DNA from: an uncultured Actinomycetota bacterium
Lineage (GTDB): Bacteria > Actinomycetota > Humimicrobiia > Humimicrobiales > Humimicrobiaceae
Reading direction: 5' to 3'
Assembly (NCBI GenBank): GCA_964616545.1
Contig: CAZTUA010000027.1
Coordinates: forward strand, 3,163 to 67,162
Length of the DNA: 64,000 nt
Shown here: piece after piece, positions 9,060 through 16,684 of the stretch
How the letters are laid out: each line of letters starts with the position of its first letter
Position numbering within the stretch: the stretch's first letter is position 1
The notes under the pieces: generated by a model
The model's database searches: none
What the model was told of the DNA's origin: nothing
The model's input: the letters and a program-made list of their open reading frames with translations, nothing else
Translations under genes and position numbers: made by a program

Positions 9060-9863
9060 TTAAAAATAATCCAGCCTTACGCTTCTTAGAACCGGTTCCT
9101 GTATTCTCTCTTTTAAGATCTCATCAAGATCGACTTCACAATTTATTATTTCTTCTTTATCCGTAGAAGCTTCCATAAGAACCTCACCGCGGGGATTTAC
9201 AACTTTACTTAAACCGCAATAATTAAAGTCTCCGTCATTACCTACTCTGTTAATAGATGCAACAAAAAATTGATTATCCTGAGCTCTGGCTCTGGTTCGT
9301 AAATTTAAAAGGTATTCGTATCCCTTTGGTACAGCAGAAGGTATCAATACGACTTCCGCTCCTTTTAGAGCGAGAACTCGGAATAATTCAGGAAAAGCAT
9401 GGTCAAAACATATAGCTATACCCAGCTTTGTTATTCCTATGTCAAACACAGGAATTTCATCTCCCTGCTTAAAGAAACAGTGTTCCTGCGGATAAAGATA
9501 GAATTTTCTATATTTACCGATAAGCTTTCCATCCTTATCAATAATAAAAGTTGTATTATAAAGCACGCCTTCCATTAAAGGATCTTTTTCTATAATATTA
9601 CCCACAATCACCAGATTTTTTTCCTGTGCTCTTACTGCCAGTTTCTCTGTAGTATCTCCGGGTATCGTTTCGGCAAAATCATAAAATTTATCTCCAATCA
9701 TATCCAGGTTATAACCTGTATTAAAAAACTCTGGAAAACACACAATATCTGTTCCTGTTTTAATTTTTTTCAGAAAATCCATTGCATGATCCAAGTTTTC
9801 CTCCTTGCCATTAATTCTGCAATTCATCTGAATTAGAGCAAGTTTTATTTTTTTTCTTCTCAA
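9060..9863 (-). CDS. Carbon-nitrogen hydrolase (nitrilase superfamily amidase)
   Basis: The Glu-Lys-Cys triad contexts are present: CFPEFFNTGY, YRKFYLYP, IAICFDHAFPE. TTG start with AAAGGGG upstream. Confidence 0.85.
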   Translation of the reverse strand: MRRKKIKLALIQMNCRINGKEENLDHAMDFLKKIKTGTDIVCFPEFFNTGYNLDMIGDKFYDFAETIPGDTTEKLAVRAQEKNLVIVGNIIEKDPLMEGVLYNTTFIIDKDGKLIGKYRKFYLYPQEHCFFKQGDEIPVFDIGITKLGIAICFDHAFPELFRVLALKGAEVVLIPSAVPKGYEYLLNLRTRARAQDNQFFVASINRVGNDGDFNYCGLSKVVNPRGEVLMEASTDKEEIINCEVDLDEILKERIQEPVLRSVRLDYF

Positions 9864-9951
9864 TTTTTATCCCCTTTCGATAAATACCCGGAAAGATATG
9901 TTCCTTTTACTCTCTCCCTTTTACAATAAAATTATTACTTTAATATATTAA

Positions 9952-10131
9952 TCAAACCCTTCTTGAAAAACCTTCTATCATAATAAAAGCAGCAAAGAAT
10001 AAAAGAACAGAAAATATTATCCTCCAATGTATTATTGTTTCAGATAGATATAAAAAGAGCATAATAGACCCGGCAGAAGCAATTCCCAGACTTATAATAT
10101 TCGTGATTATGTTTTTCTTTCTACCTTTCAT
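9952..10131 (-). CDS. 59-aa two-TM small protein (below the ORF-track length cutoff)
   Basis: My translation is MKGRKKNIITNIISLGIASAGSIMLFLYLSETIIHWRIIFSVLLFFAAFIMIEGFSRRV. A purine-rich GGGGAAAAGGAAGGAA lies directly upstream of the ATG. It starts 30 nt after the ATPase stop. Confidence 0.45.
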   Translation of the reverse strand: MKGRKKNIITNIISLGIASAGSIMLFLYLSETIIHWRIIFSVLLFFAAFIMIEGFSRRV

Positions 10132-10160
10132 TTCCTTCCTTTTCCCCTATTGCCTTAATA

Positions 10161-11264
10161 TTAAAGCAAAGTTTTTTCTGACTTTTTATCAAAAATATGA
10201 ACCTTTTCCTCGTTAAAAGAGATGTTGACCTCTTTCCCAACTTTAAGATCTCCGATTGAACCCACTATCGCAATTAGAATATTTCCTTCTATTTCCAGAT
10301 GAACATTGGACTCTTTTCCTACCGGTTCTATATATGCAACTCTGGCTTTAATTAATTCATTATGGTTTCCTTTAACAATAATTATGTCTTCCGGACGTAT
10401 ACCCAGATAAATTTCCAGCGGAGTTTTTAAATTCAATTTATTATTTCTTTTTCTAAATCTATAAATAGAAAAACCCAGATCAATTTCTATACTACCATTC
10501 TTATTAATCAGGTCCCCTTCCAGCAAATTAATAGGCGGACTTCCTATAAATTCCGCAACAAACTTATCAACTGGATTATTATACAGATCCTCCGGCGTAC
10601 CTATCTGTTCTAATTTCCCGTTATTCATAACTACTATTTTATCCCCCATGGTCATGGCTTCTGTCTGATCATGTGTTACAAAAATTGTAGTTACACCAAG
10701 TTTTTTCTGTAACTTTTTTAATTCTACTCTTGCATATGTCCTCAGTTTAGCATCAAGATTTGCCATGGGCTCGTCCATTAAAAACACTTTTGGACCTCTG
10801 ACCATTGCTCTGGCCAGAGCTATTCTCTGTCTCTGTCCGCCACTCAGAGCCCGGGGTTTTCTATCTAAAAACTGGTCTATTTTTAGAAGACGTGCAGTCT
10901 CTTTTACTCTCTCTTCTATTTTATCTCTTTTCACTTTTCTAACTTCCAGCGGAAAAGCAATATTATCAAACACACTCATATGAGGATATATTGCATAGTC
11001 CTGAAAAACCATGGCCACATCTCTTTTCTGCGGAACTTTAAATATGCCTTTCTCTGGAGAAGTTACCAGCTCATTATCGAACCATATCTCTCCATTACTT
11101 ATATCAATTAAGCCTGCTATACTATTAAGAACTGTAGTTTTCCCGCATCCTGATGGTCCCACCAGTACCACAAACTCTTTGTCCTTTATATCCAGGTTCA
11201 GGTTTTCCACAGCAACTGTTTCTCCATATTTTATGGTTAAGTCCTTTATACTTAAATCTGTCAT
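10161..11264 (-). CDS. MalK/UgpC-type ABC sugar-importer ATPase (canonical)
   Basis: Walker A GPSGCGKTT, Q-loop MVFQDYAIYP, signature LSGGQRQRIALARAM, Walker B FLMDEPMANLD, H-loop FVTHDQTEA. A C-terminal regulatory domain is present. Confidence 0.9.
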   Translation of the reverse strand: MTDLSIKDLTIKYGETVAVENLNLDIKDKEFVVLVGPSGCGKTTVLNSIAGLIDISNGEIWFDNELVTSPEKGIFKVPQKRDVAMVFQDYAIYPHMSVFDNIAFPLEVRKVKRDKIEERVKETARLLKIDQFLDRKPRALSGGQRQRIALARAMVRGPKVFLMDEPMANLDAKLRTYARVELKKLQKKLGVTTIFVTHDQTEAMTMGDKIVVMNNGKLEQIGTPEDLYNNPVDKFVAEFIGSPPINLLEGDLINKNGSIEIDLGFSIYRFRKRNNKLNLKTPLEIYLGIRPEDIIIVKGNHNELIKARVAYIEPVGKESNVHLEIEGNILIAIVGSIGDLKVGKEVNISFNEEKVHIFDKKSEKTLL

Positions 11265-12086
11265 TTAATCCTCCTTCATACCGATATACCCACGTATTAT
11301 ATATTTACCCAGGAATATAAAAATAATTAATGGCGGCAGTGCCACCCACAGAGCTCCTGCCATCTGCAGGTTCCATTCAGCCACGAACGAACCCTTTAAA
11401 TTTGCCATTGCCACTGTAGCAGGCAGATTTGCTCTCCCTGATGTCAGTATCAGTCCCCATATAAAATCATTCCAGATAACAGTTATCTGAAGAAGTAATG
11501 CAACTATAAAGGGGATTATGGAAAATGGGAGCAATATTCTTCTGTATATCATCCATATTCCAGCCCCATCAATCCTGGCTGCGTTTATGTAGCTTTCAGG
11601 GATTTCGTCATAAAAAGTTTTAAATACAAAAGTACACATAGGTGTGCCGAATATCATATATAATAAAACCAGTGAGCCGAGATTACCATGTAAGCCCAGA
11701 GCCGATGTAGCCCTTACCATCGGAATAAGCTGTACCTGAGGCGGGATATACATGCATAATATGACAAGAATAAATAGGACATTGGATATCCTGAACTTAC
11801 GTTTGGAAAAATAATACCCCAGTATAGACCCCAGAAAACTTGACACCACTGCTCCAGAACAAACAAGCACCAGGCTGTTCGTAAGAGGTCTCTTAAGATA
11901 GCCAAAAGCTTCTATTAAAGGTTCCAGTGTGGGCTGCAATGGAACCGATATTGGTGTTGATAAAATCACCTCTTTTGAAGTTTTTAAAGCAGTGACAACA
12001 GCGCTCCACAGCGGTAAAAGAGTTAGAACTGCAAGGAATACCAGTATTATATAAAGTAATATTCGGCTTGGTCTGAAGGTCCTCAC
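11265..12086 (-). CDS. CUT1 ABC permease (MalG-like)
   Basis: EAA loop AARIDGAGIWMIYRRILLPFS in a polytopic protein. It abuts the ATPase gene. Confidence 0.88.
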   Translation of the reverse strand: MRTFRPSRILLYIILVFLAVLTLLPLWSAVVTALKTSKEVILSTPISVPLQPTLEPLIEAFGYLKRPLTNSLVLVCSGAVVSSFLGSILGYYFSKRKFRISNVLFILVILCMYIPPQVQLIPMVRATSALGLHGNLGSLVLLYMIFGTPMCTFVFKTFYDEIPESYINAARIDGAGIWMIYRRILLPFSIIPFIVALLLQITVIWNDFIWGLILTSGRANLPATVAMANLKGSFVAEWNLQMAGALWVALPPLIIFIFLGKYIIRGYIGMKED

Positions 12087-12964
12087 TTTCTACCCCCTCT
12101 GTATACATAAGATAATAATGGCACAACAATTACCAGGCTCAGTAACAGTATTACTGTGGAATATGAAGCTCCGTAAGCGTACTGGTCAAACATAAAAGTT
12201 TCCTTATACATAGTAACGCCCAGTGTATGTGAAGAATATCCCGGGCCCCCTCTATTCATAACCCAGATGAAATCAAATGCCTTTATGGCAAAGCACATAA
12301 AAATAATAAAAGCTGTAACAAAAGAAGCTTTTAATTGAGGAAATACTATGCGCCTGTACAATGTAAAAGCGGGTGCTCCATCCACTTTTGCTGCTGCTAT
12401 CTGGGATTTTGGAATGGACCTGATTCCGGCCAGAAATATTATTCCCGAGTAACCGGCAAATTGCCATATAAGAGCCACGATAATACAGTACATAACAATT
12501 TTAGGTTCGGTAATCCATCCGCTCTTTAAAAAATCCAGATTAAATTTTTCCAGTAAAACATTTATGGTCCCCATTTTTGGGCTATACATCCATGTCCACA
12601 GGGTTGCTGTAACTACAAATGAAAGACCAAATGGCAGCAGGTAGACAGTCCTAAAAAAGTTTTCCCCTTTGATTTGCTGATCAAGCAATACCGCAATAAC
12701 CAGACCTATAAGGAGGACACCTATTACGAATCCCAGAATCAATATCAGATTATTTTTCAAAGAAATCCAGAATAATGAGTCATTGAATAAAGCTATATAA
12801 TTTTTAAACCCTGAAAAATTATAACTGGGTGTAAAACCTTTCCAGTCGGTAAGCGATATATAAAAGTTCCATCCTGCGAAATAATAATAAAAGAAGAATA
12901 CAGCTGCAAGTGCCGGTAAAATAACAATTAAAGTAATAAATATTTCTTTCCTTTTTGAATTCAA
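12083..12964 (-). CDS. CUT1 ABC permease (MalF-like)
   Basis: EAA loop AAKVDGAPAFTLYRRIVFPQLK. TTG start with AGGAGG 8 nt upstream. It overlaps the next permease by 4 nt. Confidence 0.88.
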   Translation of the reverse strand: MNSKRKEIFITLIVILPALAAVFFFYYYFAGWNFYISLTDWKGFTPSYNFSGFKNYIALFNDSLFWISLKNNLILILGFVIGVLLIGLVIAVLLDQQIKGENFFRTVYLLPFGLSFVVTATLWTWMYSPKMGTINVLLEKFNLDFLKSGWITEPKIVMYCIIVALIWQFAGYSGIIFLAGIRSIPKSQIAAAKVDGAPAFTLYRRIVFPQLKASFVTAFIIFMCFAIKAFDFIWVMNRGGPGYSSHTLGVTMYKETFMFDQYAYGASYSTVILLLSLVIVVPLLSYVYRGGRK

Positions 12965-13022
12965 TTAAGCTGCCTCCTGTTTGCTTTAGATAAAAAGTGT
13001 TTACTTTTGAAAATTAATTTCA

Positions 13023-14060
13023 TTAAATATTACCTCTTAATTTTGCACCACAGCTTTCTCTTACTATTAATCGGGCGGGTATCCTTATATTCCTGGGAGC
13101 TTTATGGTTCCTTTCATCTCTTATAATGCTTATTAACATTTTTGCTGCTTCTTCACCCATTTTATATCCCTGCTGATGTATTGTTGTTAATGCTGGTTTA
13201 TACAACTTTGCCATTTCAATATCGTCAAAACCCACCACAGCAATATCTTCAGGAACTTTATAACCCAGTTCTTTTAAAGCCTCGATAGCGCCAAAAGCCA
13301 TCATATCGCTTGATGCAAAGATAGCAGTTACGTCTCTTTTTTCCCTAAAAATTTTACGGGTTACTTCTTTTGCCTTTTCTTTTGAAAATTCTCCATATTG
13401 TATTAACTGTTCTTCAACAGGAAGGTTATGGTTTTTTAAAATTTTTTTATAGCCCCTGATTCTTTCATATGTTGCGTTTGCTACTCTGTCACCTGCAAGT
13501 TTCATAATCTTTTTGTGGCCCAGTTTTACCAGATGCTCGGTTGCTTCCATTGCAGCTGCTTCGTTATCCGACTCAATAAAATTCACTGATTTTTTCTTGT
13601 ATATGAAACTGTCAATATGTACAGTAGGAATACTTTCACTTAATTCATATATTTTTTTATCTGTACGTTTCTTCCCTGTAAGTATAAGTATGACTCCATC
13701 CACGCCTCTTTCGTAACATATAGTTTTATAGCTATTGGTTTCTTTTTTCCTGTTTGCAAAAATTAAAATATCATAACCTTCTTCTCCGGCAACATCCTTT
13801 ATTGAATTTATCAAATCATTAAAAAATGGATGGTCAAATCCTGAATTTATTTTATCCCCAAAAAAAATACCTATTGTATTTGTCTTTTTTGTAATAAGTG
13901 AGCTTGCCATAATATTGGGCAGGTAATCCATATCAACTGCAATTTTCATAACTTTCTTTCTTGTTTCTTTATTAACATCCAGATATCCGTTAAGAGCTTT
14001 TGATACAGTTGATACGGATACATTTGCTGCTTTTGCTATGTCTCTTATATTTACCATCAT
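13023..14060 (-). CDS. LacI-family transcriptional regulator
   Basis: HTH VNIRDIAKAANVSVSTVSKALNG followed by a periplasmic-binding-fold sugar sensor domain. Confidence 0.9.
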   Translation of the reverse strand: MMVNIRDIAKAANVSVSTVSKALNGYLDVNKETRKKVMKIAVDMDYLPNIMASSLITKKTNTIGIFFGDKINSGFDHPFFNDLINSIKDVAGEEGYDILIFANRKKETNSYKTICYERGVDGVILILTGKKRTDKKIYELSESIPTVHIDSFIYKKKSVNFIESDNEAAAMEATEHLVKLGHKKIMKLAGDRVANATYERIRGYKKILKNHNLPVEEQLIQYGEFSKEKAKEVTRKIFREKRDVTAIFASSDMMAFGAIEALKELGYKVPEDIAVVGFDDIEMAKLYKPALTTIHQQGYKMGEEAAKMLISIIRDERNHKAPRNIRIPARLIVRESCGAKLRGNI

Positions 14061-14068
14061 AAATACCT

Positions 14069-14078
14069 AAAACGTTTT
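14069..14078. promoter_or_regulatory. Candidate LacI-type operator, perfect CG-centred palindrome AAAACGTTTT
   Basis: It lies 9 nt upstream of the lacI start. LacI-family operators are CG-centred palindromes of the form (A/T)AACGTT(A/T). Confidence 0.4.
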
Positions 14079-14170
14079 CGGTAATATTTTAAAACATCAC
14101 TTAAGCTATGTCAATACTTTATATATTGTTTTTTATTGTTTAATTATATTGCAGCTGTCTATCTGAATAT

Positions 14171-14216
14171 GCCGGGTATATATAAAAAAAGATGGTCCTT
14201 TTCCCGGCTATTTTTT
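14171..14216 (+). terminator. Plus-strand terminator-like hairpin with no upstream plus-strand gene
   Basis: GCCGGG (14171-14176) pairs with CCCGGC (14203-14208), then TA and TTTTTT (14211-14216). The 26-nt loop is unusually large. Confidence 0.25.
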
Positions 14217-14295
14217 AAAGTATTATCGGGTATTATTTCTTATTGGCTTAATTCAGATTTGCTTCTAATTTATATTATTATGAGAAAAAAATGCA

Positions 14296-15114
14296 TCACT
14301 TACGGTTTTTATCTATCCACTCCACTGCAAAATCAACCAGGGCTTTCTGGCGTATTAACTGTGATTTTGCCTGACCGGTATATCCGGTCCTGATATCTGG
14401 AGCTCTGCTTTTTATAAATTCAGAACCCATCTTTTCAAAATCATCAGTAATAGTTTTTATATCTTTTAATTCTACCCACTTTCTTTTTCCGGAAACCATT
14501 AAAGGGGTGCCTGATATTTCTTCTTTTTTTGATGGATAATCGGCCCTGTATTCTGCAAGGTGAATTGAAGTGTTACTTGAGTGGCCCACCCCTATTAAGA
14601 GCACGTAACCGTCAAGCTCATATATTCTTGCAAGCGGTGATTTTTCACCAAATGCGTAATCAAGGCTGTGTTTGGCAGTAATGTATTCCGCATACCTCCC
14701 TCTTGCAGCAAATGATACCTGTGGGTGATTGCTCCTGAGCACGCCTTTCTGTTTTCTAAAAACCTCGGGAACAGCACCAACTCCCCTTGTCGGTGTCATA
14801 TCAGGGTCAAATGCCGGCATGCTTTTCCTTATGGTTTCGCACCATTCTCCGGGTACCGGAGGATTCTCCCATTTTGCCGGCTCCGAGAGGTCTCCCGAGT
14901 GAGCCGGCATCACAAGCGTCCCCTCCTCTCCCAGCACTTTTTCAAGAGCAAGGATAAGAGCCACCGCACCGCCGCTTATCCAGCCTATCGAGCCCAGGGA
15001 AGAATGGACCAGGAGCACCATCCCCTCTTTAACACCTATTTTTTTAAGGTCTTCCGCAAGAGTTACAGCGGTCTGCGGTTTTTTGCTTTTGCCAATTATT
15101 TCTTTCTCACTCAT
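14296..15114 (-). CDS. Aminoglycoside N3-acetyltransferase family protein (AAC(3)/YokD-like, Antibiotic_NAT)
   Basis: [24 protein letters not shown]...[23 protein letters not shown]...[21 protein letters not shown]...[12 protein letters not shown] are family-typical blocks. Confidence 0.8.
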   Translation of the reverse strand: MSEKEIIGKSKKPQTAVTLAEDLKKIGVKEGMVLLVHSSLGSIGWISGGAVALILALEKVLGEEGTLVMPAHSGDLSEPAKWENPPVPGEWCETIRKSMPAFDPDMTPTRGVGAVPEVFRKQKGVLRSNHPQVSFAARGRYAEYITAKHSLDYAFGEKSPLARIYELDGYVLLIGVGHSSNTSIHLAEYRADYPSKKEEISGTPLMVSGKRKWVELKDIKTITDDFEKMGSEFIKSRAPDIRTGYTGQAKSQLIRQKALVDFAVEWIDKNRK

Positions 15115-15515
15115 TTCTTATTTTTACGCTTCTGGTCTCATTTAAAATTATTATCTAAAATAATTTATAATACTTTCTTTATACTCCTGGAAGTGCTCTT
15201 TTTATTATAAAAAGTACATTCTCATTAGTATTTTTAACATTCATTGTTCTAAAGTTTAGCGTTTATAACCTGTATTTCTTTTTATCTTTAAATTTGTTAG
15301 CTTAATATTTGCTTTTAAAATCTCTGTTTATAACTTTATTATGTAGATTATTTTTAAAGTTGTAAACAGGTTGTTAACTTTAGGATTATCTTATAGAAAA
15401 ATATAAAATCATTATATTTTACGTAATTTTTTATTATCTTATAGAAGAGTTATAATATAAAAAGAGATAAACACACCCTGCTGGTAATTAAAATTCATAA
15501 AGGTGGTGGCTTTAA

Positions 15516-16664
15516 ATGTCAAAAATAACTCTCCGGAATATTACAAAATACTACGGCAAAAATCTCATACTTGATGACATTTCTCTGGAAGTAAGTGATG
15601 GAGAATTTTTATGTTTAACCGGCCCTTCAGGATGCGGGAAAACTACTCTTCTGAGGATTATTGCAGGTCTGGATAACGACCACTCCGGTAGAATTTATTT
15701 TAATGATAAAGATATCACAGAATTAAGCCCATCTGCCAGAAATGTTTCAATGGTGTTTCAGGATTTTGCCCTATACCCTTATATGGTAGCAAGAGATAAC
15801 ATATCCTTTCCTTTAAGGCTGAAAAAATACACCGGAGAAAAAATATCGCAGAAATTAAAATCCACGGTAAATAAGATTGATGCCGGAGTGAAAGATTACC
15901 TTAATCTGTTTCCACGAGAACTTTCAGCCGGCCACAGGCAGAGAGTTGCCACGGGAAGAGCAATAATAAGGGAAAAACCTGCAGTTATTCTAATGGACGA
16001 GCCGCTTTCAAATCTTGATATTAAAATTAAAATGAATACCAGAACCTATCTTAAAAAACTGGTCACAAAAATGGAAACCACAACAATTTACGTTACCTCT
16101 GACAGCAGCGAGGCAATAGCTCTCGCTGATAGAATCGCCATACTGGACAATGGAAAATTCACCCAGGTAGATACCCCTTATAATATTTATTATCACCCTA
16201 AAAATATGCTTGTTGCTGATTTTTTTGGAACCATGGGAATGAACTTCATAAATGGTACCGTAAAGGAAGCTAAATTTTGCTCCGGTGATTTCGAAGCGGA
16301 TCTCAGCAATTATATGGATCGTTCTACCCTGGATAAATTATCAGAAGAACCTGAAATTATACTGGGAATCAGACCAGAAGATATAAGTTTTTCAGGCGCA
16401 CCGCTTAAAGCCAGACCAAAATCCGGCAGCCCGAAAGTAAAAGTTGACCTGGTCCAGAGTTTTCCTCCAAAGGCAAATATAAGATGTGTAATGGGAAGTG
16501 ATATTATAAATGTAATATGTCCGGTTAAACAGATAAGCGGGATTGATCAGGGTGAATATATTTACCTTAATTTTAACAGGGACAGATTTCTATTATTCCA
16601 GCCTGGAAATGGAGAATTGATTAATCCCGGCAGAAAAACTCTTGATCCCTCAAATCAAAATTAG
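15516..16664 (+). CDS. Orphan MalK-like ABC ATPase with a degenerate signature and H-loop
   Basis: Walker A GPSGCGKTT and Walker B ILMDEPLSNLD are intact. The signature is LSAGHRQRV (not LSGGQ) and the H-loop is YVTSDSSEA (His replaced by Ser). No permease or SBP gene is adjacent. Confidence 0.8.
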   Translation: MSKITLRNITKYYGKNLILDDISLEVSDGEFLCLTGPSGCGKTTLLRIIAGLDNDHSGRIYFNDKDITELSPSARNVSMVFQDFALYPYMVARDNISFPLRLKKYTGEKISQKLKSTVNKIDAGVKDYLNLFPRELSAGHRQRVATGRAIIREKPAVILMDEPLSNLDIKIKMNTRTYLKKLVTKMETTTIYVTSDSSEAIALADRIAILDNGKFTQVDTPYNIYYHPKNMLVADFFGTMGMNFINGTVKEAKFCSGDFEADLSNYMDRSTLDKLSEEPEIILGIRPEDISFSGAPLKARPKSGSPKVKVDLVQSFPPKANIRCVMGSDIINVICPVKQISGIDQGEYIYLNFNRDRFLLFQPGNGELINPGRKTLDPSNQN

Positions 16665-16684
16665 CAATAAAAGGTTTTTTGTCT

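Noticed and set aside
12993-13008. The inverted repeat AAAAGT-gttt-ACTTTT between lacI and the first permease gene, considered as a second LacI operator or a terminator.
   Set aside because: It is AT-only with a 6-bp stem and a 4-nt loop. It has no CG centre like the candidate operator at 14069 and no proper U-tract. It is easily a chance occurrence in AT-rich DNA.
14136-14393. An 85-aa plus-strand ORF spanning the lacI/AAC(3) spacer and the 3' end of the AAC(3) gene.
   Set aside because: It overlaps the well-supported AAC(3) CDS. Its composition is low in complexity and it has no SD or motif.
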